The notes beneath the pieces are model-generated. The model saw nothing but the letters and a program-made list of their open reading frames with translations. It did no database searches and was not told the origin of the DNA. From Flectonema sp. DT1601 (lineage: Eukaryota), in the NCBI GenBank assembly GCA_964019425.1, contig OZ025787.1, forward strand, positions 310,001 to 374,000: DNA of 64,000 nucleotides, given 5' to 3'. The position numbers and the translations under genes are program-made. Position 1 is the first letter of the stretch. Every line of letters begins with the position of its first letter. This document shows positions 37,319 to 48,493 of the stretch, piece by piece.

Positions 37319-40300
37319 CTAATGACGTCTCGTAATCATTTTTGCAACAGCCGTGTCTCCAAGTTTGAATAGCATCGTTCGGAATGTTGATGGGGAAACT
37401 GTTTCGTAGCCATCACATTTTGTTGCAGTGGGTTGGGTTTGAACTTGACCAATAATCAACCTTAGAGAATATGATAAATTAATAGCAACATGAGACGACC
37501 TATCCCAAAGACGAATAGTTTTATCAGAACTCCCAGAGACGATGATATTATTATCGGGCGACACAGCGAGACATGTTACTCTCTGAGCATGACCTCTGTA
37601 CTTCTCTATCTCATTACAGGTAATTGGATTCCATACTCTGATACTTCTGTCATCACTTCCTGTTATAATATTAGGTTTGTCTTCTGTCGTATAAATAACA
37701 CAATTAACGTCTGATGTGTGTCCTTTTAACTTCTTCATACTTCCTGTTTGGACATTCCAAACCCTGACGTAGTCTTGTTTTACAGAAGCTCCTAAATAGA
37801 TCGGGTTTTCTCCGCAGGCTGATACGATTGTTGTTCCGTCAGGGGAAACTGCTACTGAAAAAATAACCCGACTGTTGTCCTGATCTTCGTCAAACTTGGT
37901 TAGTTGTTCTCCAGAGTGGATGTCCCAAACTCTAATTGTTTCATCCCATCCCCCTGTTATTATCTTTTGACTTGTTGGATCACAAGTGATCGCAACGTCG
38001 TTAGAAACACCCTCTGAAATTCTAGTTAGTTGCACACCAGTTGTCAGGTCCCAAACAGTTACTGCTTTGCTTCCGGATATTATTTTGGTTCCGTCCGGGG
38101 TAGCTTTCAGTCCGGTAATTGGACCGCTGGCATCTTCAAGAATGAAAATTATTTGTCCACTATCTGAATCCCAAACTCTAACAAACGAATCATCACCACC
38201 AGAAAGGATTTGTTGATCTGAAACAGTTGTTGCGACTGACCTGACCGCTCCGGTGTGTCCGAAGAGACGGAGTTTTTCATCTCCAGTTGAAATCAAATGA
38301 ACTCTCACAGTCTCATCATTACTACCTGAGATAATAAACTTTCCATTATTTGAAAAGGTTATTGAATTTATAGTACTCGTGTGACCAATTGCTGTTGGTG
38401 GTTCTTTACCTGTACTCGCATACCAAACAATGACTGTTGAGTCTTCACTACCTGATACGATCCTTGATCCATCAGGTGATGAAGCAACACAAGTTACTGC
38501 TCCAGTGTGACCATCAAGTTTTATACGTTCTCTTCCTGTTAGTATGTCCCAGACTCTAATTGTTTTATCAACACTGCCTGATATGATACTTGAATTATCT
38601 GATGAAACGACTATGCTGTTTATTAGTGATTCTGACTTGTCGTTTGTCCCTCGCAGAGGTTCGATTACTAAAATTAGTTTTTTGGTAATCAAATCCCAAA
38701 TGTGAATCGTATCTGAAGTAGACACGACAACTTTTTGTGAATCAGGTGTGACACACAGAGATGATATTTCAGAATTGTGTTGGAGTTTAGCGACGTCAGA
38801 AATATTATTAATTGGCCAGATAGAAACGGTCCGACCTCCTCCAGAAATAATATAATCAGGAGGGTTGGTGATTGATAACATTATAGGACTATCTTCAATT
38901 GTTTGTAGTAACTTTCCTTCATTATTCCATATTATGATAGTTTCATCATCATCACTGCCAGTTACTATAATACTACCGTCACTCGATACCGTCATGCAGG
39001 AGATTGAATCTTTGTGACCAATTAGTTTTAATTGTTCTTCGTCAGTTTCTATGTTCCAAATGACTACGTCGCCATTTAACTTGCCGTATAATATTTTTGA
39101 ACTGTCCGCAGTGAAAACCAAACATTTCGGAACACATCCATTGCTGAACGAAATTATTAATATTTTACCACCAGTTTTCGCATCCCATAACCTCACTGTT
39201 GAATCCTCAGAACCCGAAGCTATTTTAGTCCCATCAGGTGATGTTGCAATGCAAGTAATCGACTCTGTGTGACCTCGTAAAGGAGGGAGAGGAACTCCAA
39301 AAGAAGAATCACTGCAGTCAATCCCCGTAAGATCACAACTGTGAAAAGTCGTGTGTTCCATCCAACAATTATGCAATTTAGCTTGTTGAAGACTTGTGCC
39401 TGAAAATACGGCACCACGAAGATCTGAATTCCGTAGTGACATTTGTTTGAAATTTCTATCAACAAAAGGATAGTTTACAGCGATTAAGAGTGCCATCGCG
39501 TTAGATAGAATTGGTTTTGACTCATCAGAAGTGTTGTATTTCATCACCAGAGACATCAGTTGATCACATACGATTGCCTTGTCATTTCCTAATAAAACTT
39601 GTCGAAAGTATTTTAATACATTCGGACATTCTTTACTAAACTCTCGAGTGATGTCAAACTCTAAACACGAGATCGGTTCTGAGACAAGTCTACGAGCGCA
39701 GAAATACTCCGCCAAAGTCTTATGTCTAAAAGCAACAAAGCTATCTGGATCATGGAAATCTTCAACACGAAAAGGAAGACATCTGATGGCTGTATTAATT
39801 AGTTCAGTTGGGAATTTATCCGAGAGAAGATGAACTACTTGCGCACTTGATATTTGCCACTTACTACATTGAACCATCATACATCCACAGTGTTCTCCAA
39901 TAGTGAGAAGTTCTGAGACTCTCGCGTTGGGTAGAGTAACTTTCTCTAATTCAGTTTGAGTGTAGAGGGACACAAACTTTTCATAAATGCAAACCTCACT
40001 CCTATCACCCTCCCTTGGAAGGGATGTTATCTCACCACTTGCAAAGCAAGCCATGTACAATTGGAAGGGATGATTTAAGTTCATAATTCCTTTCAGCACT
40101 TCCTCACTAGGTCTTGGTGAACTCCTCTTAGAAAAGAACTTGTTGATGTAATTTTCAGAATCGAGTGCAGTAAACCTCTGCATGTACAACGACACTGTCC
40201 CAGCACCGCATATCTGAAGAGGAGTAATTCCAATTCCATTTAAATACGACCACCTCGTAGTAACAATTATACTACATCGTTTACTACACCAGGGGTGTTG

Positions 40301-42484
40301 AGAGAGAAATGATGAAATTTTCCATCTGCGAACTGTGATGTTTTCAACTACTGAACGGGTTCTTTTAATTCGATTTTTTGTTTGTTGGACGTCTTCTCCC
40401 GATAGACCAGCCTCATCAAAAGAATCTAAAATAACAACAACATGATACAGATCACTTAGGGCATTCAATCCTTCATTTGTCATTCCGAAAGAAGTTCCAA
40501 TAAAATCATCTAATCCTCCGTACTGACCAAGGCATTCCTTTCCAACAGTTGGAAGAGGTACAAAAACTGGTAGTACTACTTTTCCGTTAACTGACGACTC
40601 AAGTAGGTATTGCATTATTGCTATTGAAGCTGATGTTTTTCCACTCCCTCCATCACCGAGAAGACAAATAGGGTGTTGGGCACCTGCAGAAAGCCATCCC
40701 TGAATCTCTTGAAGAATTGGTCTTGACTCCCCTTCAGGTACTCGAGTGTCATCACCTACACGACCATCAATATAAGTGAGTTGATAATCTTTGAAAATAT
40801 CCATCGTGTGTCTCATAGCTTCTCGTATACCACGAGCTTGTTCACAAAATGATAATGAAGTTCCTGACTTAGATACTTCCTGCATCACAATAACATCGTA
40901 TGACTTACCAAGCATTCTGAGAAGGGTTGGAGATAGTTTCCATTGAACTCTGAATTCGATGTTATTATCGTATAGTATCTCAGCTTCTTTTTGAAACATC
41001 GATGCAAAAATAACACTTGCGGCTCCTACTTTAGCAACAACAACAAAGAATGTTCCTTCTCCATCTTTAGACATGAAAGTTTGAGCAACCTTTTTATCTA
41101 AACTTGTCGATGTAAAAGCATTCCAAGTCAGATTTGTACCAACTTTATATTTACGAGAAACGTTTACAGTGATGCCTCGGAACACTGTCGTTAATTTGTT
41201 TGGTAGGCAGGGAATTATTTGTTTAATCCTAAAAATCAAAGGCAAAAACACTTCAATGACACCCATCTGAAGAGGTCGTGGTGATATATCATAGGCATTC
41301 ACAAGCTCTTGTGATGTTACTTGTTTGGCTACTTCTCTCATGGCTTCGTTTAATGTCCAATATAAAGCAAGTTTTATTGTTTTTTTACTCGATCCGTGGT
41401 TTTGTAATAATTGTTTATCAGTAATCCAAACAGACTGAATTGGTTCAGTCTGATCGATTATAAGATCAGCAGTGTACAAGTAGGCTGCTATGAACATTTG
41501 AAATGCTTCCTTTGGATCTCTTATAGAGAAAGCAAGCATCCACTCCTCCATAGAATGAACAGTGTCTTGAGATCGTTTTAACTTGTCAAGTTCACGTTCT
41601 ACGACTGTTTTGAGTCCAACGAGTAGCTGATCGATGTGTTTTTGTTCATATCCTAATGAAGGTTGCAATTCTGGTAATCTCAACAACCATTTCTGTAAAT
41701 CAGGTAAGTTTCTAGCAATAGTACCTTCAGGTATGTAGTTAACCTTTGAACCATCTTTTATGCCAATCACATCCTCTTCTGCTTCTTCAATCGGAGTATA
41801 TATTCTTTGAGATTTCTTTCCTTCAATAAAGGCACCACTCCTCCGTTTTCCGCATACGAATTTTTCCATTTCGGCGATTAAAAGTTCGATATTCTTACTA
41901 AGCTCAGGATCGGAATAGAAATGATGACTAATTGACTGATGTTCGGTAATTGAATTTCCAACTTCAGTACAAAGAATTATATCGACAGGAGTTCTTCCAG
42001 CCTTGTCTTCACGAGTACAAGCAGCCCCAAGTGATGTCAAATAAACAACAGTTTCAGTTTGAAAATTCTTCGTTGCTATGTGCAGAGGGGTTGTTTCAAC
42101 ATCTAAAGGAGGTGAAGCAATATTGTAATACGGTTTTATTATGTCGAGAGCCTTAGTCGATCCTATTCGAGCTGCCTCAAGTGATAATTGATAAAAGGTA
42201 TCCTCATTAGTAATTGTTAAGACTTCTCTTTCTAACAAGTCTAAATACGCAACCAAATCCCTTATACTGGTATCTATTTGTTGTTCTGTAAGCTGAACTG
42301 CGTTCCATTGACAACTCTTTTCTTGTTCAGACGGTTCATCTTCTAAAGGCAAACTTTGAGAAATAATTTGAAACTCGCCAAGATTACTCGTATTGTCCAC
42401 CTCACTATATTTCGCTATTTCTTGAAATCCCTTGGTCTCATTGACAGTTGAGGTAGTGCTGACTTTCGAACTGCCACACCCCAT
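37319..42484 (-). CDS. NLR-like STAND protein: acylation motif - ankyrin repeats - ADP-ribosyltransferase - NACHT NTPase - pentapeptide repeats - WD40 repeats (about 1721 aa)
   Basis: ATG at 42484 (MGCGSS) after T-rich TTTAG. Ankyrin TPLHIA...AGRTPVD; ART AYLYT, VFRG, FTSTS, KEAEIL; Walker A GDGGSGKTS; Walker B VVVILDSFDE; FRHKTLAEYF; pentapeptide NSDLRGAVFSGTSLQQAKL; about 13 GH...WD repeats. Confidence 0.88.
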   Translation of the reverse strand: MGCGSSKVSTTSTVNETKGFQEIAKYSEVDNTSNLGEFQIISQSLPLEDEPSEQEKSCQWNAVQLTEQQIDTSIRDLVAYLDLLEREVLTITNEDTFYQLSLEAARIGSTKALDIIKPYYNIASPPLDVETTPLHIATKNFQTETVVYLTSLGAACTREDKAGRTPVDIILCTEVGNSITEHQSISHHFYSDPELSKNIELLIAEMEKFVCGKRRSGAFIEGKKSQRIYTPIEEAEEDVIGIKDGSKVNYIPEGTIARNLPDLQKWLLRLPELQPSLGYEQKHIDQLLVGLKTVVERELDKLKRSQDTVHSMEEWMLAFSIRDPKEAFQMFIAAYLYTADLIIDQTEPIQSVWITDKQLLQNHGSSKKTIKLALYWTLNEAMREVAKQVTSQELVNAYDISPRPLQMGVIEVFLPLIFRIKQIIPCLPNKLTTVFRGITVNVSRKYKVGTNLTWNAFTSTSLDKKVAQTFMSKDGEGTFFVVVAKVGAASVIFASMFQKEAEILYDNNIEFRVQWKLSPTLLRMLGKSYDVIVMQEVSKSGTSLSFCEQARGIREAMRHTMDIFKDYQLTYIDGRVGDDTRVPEGESRPILQEIQGWLSAGAQHPICLLGDGGSGKTSASIAIMQYLLESSVNGKVVLPVFVPLPTVGKECLGQYGGLDDFIGTSFGMTNEGLNALSDLYHVVVILDSFDEAGLSGEDVQQTKNRIKRTRSVVENITVRRWKISSFLSQHPWCSKRCSIIVTTRWSYLNGIGITPLQICGAGTVSLYMQRFTALDSENYINKFFSKRSSPRPSEEVLKGIMNLNHPFQLYMACFASGEITSLPREGDRSEVCIYEKFVSLYTQTELEKVTLPNARVSELLTIGEHCGCMMVQCSKWQISSAQVVHLLSDKFPTELINTAIRCLPFRVEDFHDPDSFVAFRHKTLAEYFCARRLVSEPISCLEFDITREFSKECPNVLKYFRQVLLGNDKAIVCDQLMSLVMKYNTSDESKPILSNAMALLIAVNYPFVDRNFKQMSLRNSDLRGAVFSGTSLQQAKLHNCWMEHTTFHSCDLTGIDCSDSSFGVPLPPLRGHTESITCIATSPDGTKIASGSEDSTVRLWDAKTGGKILIISFSNGCVPKCLVFTADSSKILYGKLNGDVVIWNIETDEEQLKLIGHKDSISCMTVSSDGSIIVTGSDDDETIIIWNNEGKLLQTIEDSPIMLSITNPPDYIISGGGRTVSIWPINNISDVAKLQHNSEISSLCVTPDSQKVVVSTSDTIHIWDLITKKLILVIEPLRGTNDKSESLINSIVVSSDNSSIISGSVDKTIRVWDILTGRERIKLDGHTGAVTCVASSPDGSRIVSGSEDSTVIVWYASTGKEPPTAIGHTSTINSITFSNNGKFIISGSNDETVRVHLISTGDEKLRLFGHTGAVRSVATTVSDQQILSGGDDSFVRVWDSDSGQIIFILEDASGPITGLKATPDGTKIISGSKAVTVWDLTTGVQLTRISEGVSNDVAITCDPTSQKIITGGWDETIRVWDIHSGEQLTKFDEDQDNSRVIFSVAVSPDGTTIVSACGENPIYLGASVKQDYVRVWNVQTGSMKKLKGHTSDVNCVIYTTEDKPNIITGSDDRSIRVWNPITCNEIEKYRGHAQRVTCLAVSPDNNIIVSGSSDKTIRLWDRSSHVAINLSYSLRLIIGQVQTQPTATKCDGYETVSPSTFRTMLFKLGDTAVAKMITRRH

Positions 42485-42896
42485 ATTATGTAAAAGGGGT
42501 CTAAAGAACAATAAATATGAAGTCGCAGTAACAATCTGAATCGTTGTAATTAGGAGTGGAGTTAAAAGCATTCCCTTCACAATATAATAACTACATTGCT
42601 GTGAGGGGGAGAAAAAAAGGGAATTACACCCCAGCCATGATTGAAAAAATACTTGTTGTTTTTTTTGCATCATATCGAACATATATATGAACATTCAGAT
42701 GTATAATATTCGGAAGGGAGGGAATACTAAAATACAAAACTGCTGTATCGTAAGTAACAAAAAAAAAAAAAAAACAATAATAATAATAATAAATTGAAAT
42801 CTGTTTAGGATACATTGACTAGAGGGGAGCAAGAGGTGTAGTTGGTAACATAAAAATAACGATATGATTTCGCAAATAAAAATAAAAATGAACGAG

Positions 42897-44072
42897 CTAC
42901 TCAGAGTCGCTGCATACGACTTGATCACAATCCTCAGCTTCACGAATAACTTCCATCAAATCGTCCCAACTTTCTTCAACTGCTCCTTCACTTCCGGATA
43001 TTGATTCCTGAACAGTGTTATTAGCTTCCGTCATTTTCTTTTTTCCATTTATAATAAAAAACTCTGATGACAAACAACCTGAAGCATCCGGACGGGAATC
43101 CGGATCCCGACTGAGCATCGACTCAAACAGATCAACCCCAGACTTCGAGAGAGAGATATCAGAAGGCATGCAAATAGGAGAGAGCGTCATTAATGTTTTC
43201 AATCTCCTGATGTTAGGTTGTGATGTTAAAGAAGTTGAGAATGGCAGCCGTCCAGACAGCATACGAAAAGCAGTAGCACCAACAGAATATATATCCAGTT
43301 TAAATAATTTACTTCGAGTAGTGACCCATCCCTCCAAATCACTAAAATCACTTTCTAACTTACCTGCGATTCCTTCAAGAGCTAAGTACAATGCCGTACC
43401 TGCTTCAGGCGTCATCATAAATGATGGTTCAGACAGACTATCAGTACTCGGTGATTGAATCTCTAAAGATGAGTCGGTTGGTGAGAATAAAATATTTCTT
43501 ACATCAGTTGGAGTAGCTGTTTGAGATCCGATGTATTTACCAAGACCAATATCAATTAATGTTGTCTGCAGCGACAACGGTTTAATTATTATATTTGATG
43601 GTTTAACATCCCTGTGAACAAACCTCTGCGAGTGTAAATATTGAAGTGCAGAAAGCAACTGTTCGATGATCACTGATGTTTCTAATTCAGGTATTCGAGG
43701 ACCATAGTGTATAAGATAATCACTTAAGGGTAGTCCAGTGTAGAGATCCATGATGATATGAATGTGTTCTTCACTTAGAAGAACTTCTTTAGTCTTTGCA
43801 AGATTTGGATGTGACAAACAAGTCGTTACTGCTATCTCCACTAATAATTGTCTTGTTTTAGTTTTGTTGTTTATAAAAGATAGTTTTCGTAGTCTTTTAG
43901 ACGCAAACAATTCTTTTGTATCGCCATTTCGTTTCCAACATTTTCTCACCGAAGCGAACGATCCCTTTCCAAGTAATTCTGACTCGTCTGTAACATAGTG
44001 GTCGTTTATATCTTTTATTTCTGCACACCATTCTTTACTTAGAAGTCTCCTTTCCAACAATGCTATGGACAT
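42897..44072 (-). CDS. Ser/Thr protein kinase (CAMK-like, variant motifs)
   Basis: LGKGSFASV, FASK, HRDVKPSN, DIG (for DFG), GTALYLALE (for APE), DIYSVG. Confidence 0.9.
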   Translation of the reverse strand: MSIALLERRLLSKEWCAEIKDINDHYVTDESELLGKGSFASVRKCWKRNGDTKELFASKRLRKLSFINNKTKTRQLLVEIAVTTCLSHPNLAKTKEVLLSEEHIHIIMDLYTGLPLSDYLIHYGPRIPELETSVIIEQLLSALQYLHSQRFVHRDVKPSNIIIKPLSLQTTLIDIGLGKYIGSQTATPTDVRNILFSPTDSSLEIQSPSTDSLSEPSFMMTPEAGTALYLALEGIAGKLESDFSDLEGWVTTRSKLFKLDIYSVGATAFRMLSGRLPFSTSLTSQPNIRRLKTLMTLSPICMPSDISLSKSGVDLFESMLSRDPDSRPDASGCLSSEFFIINGKKKMTEANNTVQESISGSEGAVEESWDDLMEVIREAEDCDQVVCSDSE

Positions 44073-44255
44073 TGTGAAGGGATTGGTTCTGATATAAAAA
44101 CAGAAATAGTAAACGAGAAAAATGAATTCACAAAAAATTTAACAAAACGGCAAATTGATGCAAAAGCAGCCAAACAGTAGAAACTGAGGCTCTGGAAGGC
44201 AAACAACGGTCAAGGCTGGGTCAGAAAGAGTGAGAATGATGAACACCAGACACAA

Positions 44256-47200
44256 CTATTCTAAATCCTTATCAGCCATACCAAGATATTGATAAATAGA
44301 AGGTAAACGAGGATCATCTGGGTGCATCCTCACTGTTTCAGGTTTTCGTTTCCTACCAGTGCGAGGTGGTGGAAACAATGGCCGCTGAGATGGTATCGAC
44401 GGAAGTAATTTCTTTTTAACATGCTCTGTTTTATTCTCTTGGGGAATCCCTTTCGGTACTTTAATAATTTCCTCAGTAGTAACAACAATGAGATTCTCAT
44501 CGACACTATCTTTTGTATTTGACGCCTCAATTAGTCTTCTCTGCATGTCGTGTTCTTCAACAACTTCATAGGGAGCATCTGTTTGAGATACTTCATCTTT
44601 GTATTTATTGATTTGATTTATTGTTGGAGGAGGGAGTCCGAGAGCTAAGAATTGCGGCATGTCTTCATACCCAGATACTGAGGGTCCTGTTTCGATGTAT
44701 TGCTGACGAGTATTTAATTGAGTTCGAAGGGCCTCAATTTGAAGTGAGAGCGATCCAACTAAATCTGAGTTGAATTCCATGTCACTCAGAACAATAACTG
44801 CATTGTGTGGAAGTGTGACTGTACCTCTAACGGTTCGTACTCGTAGTAGGCGATGGAACTTCCAACCGCCAACTACTGTTCCGACTAGTCCGCAGATGTT
44901 TTCGTAGACTCCATCCCATGCAAGTTCAGGTGTTTTTTGTATTAATATCTTAACTGACTTCTTATCAAGTATCCTAATCCGATCACCAACATGGATATCA
45001 AGAAGAATCAAATGCTCATCAGTGGCATACATCTTCTCTGATTCCAAATCATATTTTAGTGATCGTCGACGAGGTGGTCCACATGCTGTATTCCATGATT
45101 GTTTCCACGTCCACTGCTCAGAATTGTCATCATTTGGATCCGACAAGTCGAATGTATTTAATTGTATTGCTACGGATATTTTTTTCCCGCAGATTACTTC
45201 CGAATACGTTCCAATCTCTTCCTTTGAGTCATTCGAGATTGTAACCTTTATTTCAGGTGTTGGTACTTCATTCGTAATAATGTGTTGAATGTCACTGTTA
45301 AAACCAATTGGTGTTGCTGGTGACGTTGGTGTTGCTGGTGACGTTGGTGTTGCTGGTGACGTTGGTGTTAGAGGTGACGTTGGTTCTTTATTACATCGAC
45401 CGAGTTGAGTTCTTTTCTTAACTTCTTCAACTGCTTGCTTGTCAATTATTCTTTTTTTATTATCATCAACGTTGGTTGGTTGACCCGACCTACTCAATTT
45501 TTTTTGAATATTTTTAGGCGGGTGCGAAGGGTCACAAAGGTGTCCATTTACTGACTCCGAAACAGCAGCAAGCTGTTGTGTCGGCTGTTCTGCCACGAGA
45601 TGAGACGAGAACCGTCTCGACGAACTTATTTTATCAGATTCAGTTAGAGATCTTCTCGGTTGTTCCATCATAAGATAACTTCGGCGTCTAGAATGAGAAG
45701 ATCTCTGTTTCCCTTCTTCTTTAGCTGCCATCGCTGCTTGAATAACCTCGTCAGCCGCAAACATAAAATATTCACCTGACTCTTTCGCATCGGATGTCTC
45801 ATACTGAGAACCTAAACTAATAACATAAGGAAATATTTTAAATTGATTCGATGATATCATTTTATCTTTCATCACAATAGTAGTACGCTGACGTAGTTGA
45901 ACTCGACTTTTGGTTCTGACGGGAGTGGTAGCGATGACTAAAATCATTATCGATGATTTAATGGCGAGATATTTAACAAAACTAATATTCCGACGCTGTC
46001 GTTGTCTGTTAACAGCGATGTTAGCAGGACGGATACTTGTTTCTGAGACACGCATTGCAGTTGGTGATTGTTTAGTTGAATGTGAATCAGATACTAAAAG
46101 TGATTCACGTTCTAATTTCCACAACCTAATAGCAGTGTCTACTGAAGGCGTAGGTGATGGCTTTGTTACGATAACACAAAATGATGATAATTTAATTTCA
46201 GGTAATCCTATCAGTCTATCATCTTTATTAAGAGATGTCGACTGAACTCTCAATCTTGATACCGCTCGGGATAGACAAGTCACATCGTTGTGAGATATTT
46301 GAATTACATATTCAGACATCCTTCCGAGTTCTTTACTTTTCTTTGATATTGTCATTAGGTTTCGTATTGGGATTCTACTTGCTTCAGATAAATCTTCAAG
46401 GATGGTGTCATTTACAGATCTGATTCTGTCTCTTTCAACATTGACGACGATATTAAAATTATATTGTGGAGATGGAATTGATGATTCAAGACGCGGAAGA
46501 ATATCATCATCGAATTCCTCACCAATTGAAAAGAATTCAGGTACTAAGGTTTGCCCTGGACAAAATGAAGCTGGGAGATTCAAAATTACTTTATCAGTCT
46601 TTTTCTTATCCTTCATTTCAAATAGTATTTTTGGATTCTCAAGATTTTCTGAGTTAAAGACTTCTTCCAGTTTGTGAACCATAAAAGCAAAATTCCTCCC
46701 AATTCTCTGAAGGTTTGGTGAAGGATCATTCTCAAACAACTCTTCTACAGGATCTGAAAATACTAAAGCAGGTGAAGGTAATAGATTGTGTAAGAAAGAA
46801 GGAACTTTAATTGATATCATTCCTTTATAAAACCTTTCAACAGCCAATGCAATAATTGTAGACTCACCTGCAGAAATACCACCACTGCTATTAACGTACG
46901 ATTGAAACTTTTTATCTGCTTCCAACAGCAGTGCAGAAGTATCGCCCATCAATTCAATGACTGAACTCTTTAGAACTAATAATCTGTTTCGTATAAATCG
47001 AAATGCTCCTTTTACAGAGTTTCGCTTCTGGACAGCAGATGGTACCTTTGATTCTTTTTCAAGAGTTGCGCCATCAGTATGGAATCCTCGTATTGAAGAG
47101 TCAAGTGGTGATTCAGAAGGGATGTCACACTGCTGAAGAATCTTTTTTGAAAAGGTGGACTGCAGACGCTGGTTTTGTTTGTCGATGTAGTTGCGAAGTA

Positions 47201-47780
47201 TCTCAACTTCAAGTTTGTAAAGATTTACCATTTCAGATAAAAGATCACATCTAAGTCTTAACTTACCTTCAGTAACATCTGTAGCAATGGATTCTGAATA
47301 CGGACTGTGACATTGATGACACAGAGTTCCAACGTCAGCAGGTTCGTTCATCTTCGTCCTCATGTGTCGAAGTCGCTGTGCGTCTGTTATTTCGTTTAGC
47401 TGTTTTATTATTCCAATTTTAATTTCTCTAATGGTGTCTTCCTTCGCGGTGACCAACTTCTTTTCGAGGTTGTAACATTTCTTTGATTGGTCTCGTTCTG
47501 CTTCCTGTGCTGCTGTAAGTGCCTTCTCTTGTTTCAAATTCAGAAATTTTATTTTTGTTGATTGTAATGTTTGCTGTTGAACGGCTGTTGTGACTTCAGA
47601 TTCTAATTTCACAAGTAAAGCGTTCGACAGTTCAATCAACGAAGTAGTGTCCTCAATAGAAAACTCTCCATCACGCTTTAATTGATCAAAGTCACGTAAT
47701 TTGATTTTCGAGTTGGTCACGAACTTCGCCGTCTCTCTCCCGCTCTTTCCATTATTCAATGCACCGAGTGCCGCTAACAT
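44256..47780 (-). CDS. Hypothetical 1174-aa protein: N-terminal coiled coil, TPTSPA repeats, Mind-bomb-type SH3-like repeat near the C-terminus
   Basis: Intronless ORF. VGDRIRIL...WDGVYENICGLVGTVV...LRV...TLPHNAV resembles the Mib SH3 repeat. Acceptor-like T-rich ATCAG upstream. Confidence 0.75.
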   Translation of the reverse strand: MLAALGALNNGKSGRETAKFVTNSKIKLRDFDQLKRDGEFSIEDTTSLIELSNALLVKLESEVTTAVQQQTLQSTKIKFLNLKQEKALTAAQEAERDQSKKCYNLEKKLVTAKEDTIREIKIGIIKQLNEITDAQRLRHMRTKMNEPADVGTLCHQCHSPYSESIATDVTEGKLRLRCDLLSEMVNLYKLEVEILRNYIDKQNQRLQSTFSKKILQQCDIPSESPLDSSIRGFHTDGATLEKESKVPSAVQKRNSVKGAFRFIRNRLLVLKSSVIELMGDTSALLLEADKKFQSYVNSSGGISAGESTIIALAVERFYKGMISIKVPSFLHNLLPSPALVFSDPVEELFENDPSPNLQRIGRNFAFMVHKLEEVFNSENLENPKILFEMKDKKKTDKVILNLPASFCPGQTLVPEFFSIGEEFDDDILPRLESSIPSPQYNFNIVVNVERDRIRSVNDTILEDLSEASRIPIRNLMTISKKSKELGRMSEYVIQISHNDVTCLSRAVSRLRVQSTSLNKDDRLIGLPEIKLSSFCVIVTKPSPTPSVDTAIRLWKLERESLLVSDSHSTKQSPTAMRVSETSIRPANIAVNRQRQRRNISFVKYLAIKSSIMILVIATTPVRTKSRVQLRQRTTIVMKDKMISSNQFKIFPYVISLGSQYETSDAKESGEYFMFAADEVIQAAMAAKEEGKQRSSHSRRRSYLMMEQPRRSLTESDKISSSRRFSSHLVAEQPTQQLAAVSESVNGHLCDPSHPPKNIQKKLSRSGQPTNVDDNKKRIIDKQAVEEVKKRTQLGRCNKEPTSPLTPTSPATPTSPATPTSPATPIGFNSDIQHIITNEVPTPEIKVTISNDSKEEIGTYSEVICGKKISVAIQLNTFDLSDPNDDNSEQWTWKQSWNTACGPPRRRSLKYDLESEKMYATDEHLILLDIHVGDRIRILDKKSVKILIQKTPELAWDGVYENICGLVGTVVGGWKFHRLLRVRTVRGTVTLPHNAVIVLSDMEFNSDLVGSLSLQIEALRTQLNTRQQYIETGPSVSGYEDMPQFLALGLPPPTINQINKYKDEVSQTDAPYEVVEEHDMQRRLIEASNTKDSVDENLIVVTTEEIIKVPKGIPQENKTEHVKKKLLPSIPSQRPLFPPPRTGRKRKPETVRMHPDDPRLPSIYQYLGMADKDLE
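45309..45384. repeat. 18-bp coding minisatellite, about 4 copies (TPTSPA)
   Basis: TGGTGTTGCTGGTGACGT x3 plus one variant copy. Confidence 0.9.
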
Positions 47781-48357
47781 CTTGAAAGGGCATCACCAGA
47801 CTGATTGATGAAATGAAATAAAGAAAAGGCTGACGAAAACAACACTCACAATTCCAACGAGATCATAACTAAAATATCAAATCCTGTTTAAGGAAAACAG
47901 AAATAAATATAAACATTATGCATGGATATGAGAGAATGAAACATATATAAAAAAAAAAATTAAAAAAAAAATTTAAAAAAAGGTATTCTCGAATTGAAAT
48001 TATTATATTTCGCAAGATAGGAAAATCTTTTCGAACGTTTTTTTTTTTTTTTCTACCTTTTTTTTTTTTTTTTTTCAAGTAATCGCAATTACAGAAGAGC
48101 AAGACATACGCGGAGTGCTTTTCACTGACAGGCGTACTACAAATAGCAGACAGTAAACGTAGATGGGTAGTTGTTTTTTGTTCTGTCACCAAGTAAGACA
48201 AAGCATCGCATTCAACTGACGAGAGGAGGGGTGAAAAAAAAACCTGCCCCGCTAAGGTTAGAAAAAATGTGGGCTATTCTAATAATAAAAAAAAAGAATG
48301 GAAAAGAAGAAAAAAAAAATCCGTTCTCGGTAACTTTACAAACTATTCTCAAAATTC

Positions 48358-48388
<31 letters not shown>

Positions 48389-48493
48389 CCCCTCAGTAAG
48401 ACGAGTGGGTAGAATCACTCTCTCATCTCATACTTTGAAATTACGAAGTCCGCTGACCAACGGATTATTGCGTGTGGTTCGCATGATGAATTC

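Noticed and set aside
42485..42694. N-terminal 70-aa extension of the NLR-like ORF given by the ORF track
   Set aside because: Intergenic-like composition; a T-rich AG lies just before ATG 42484, which yields the MGCGSS acylation motif.
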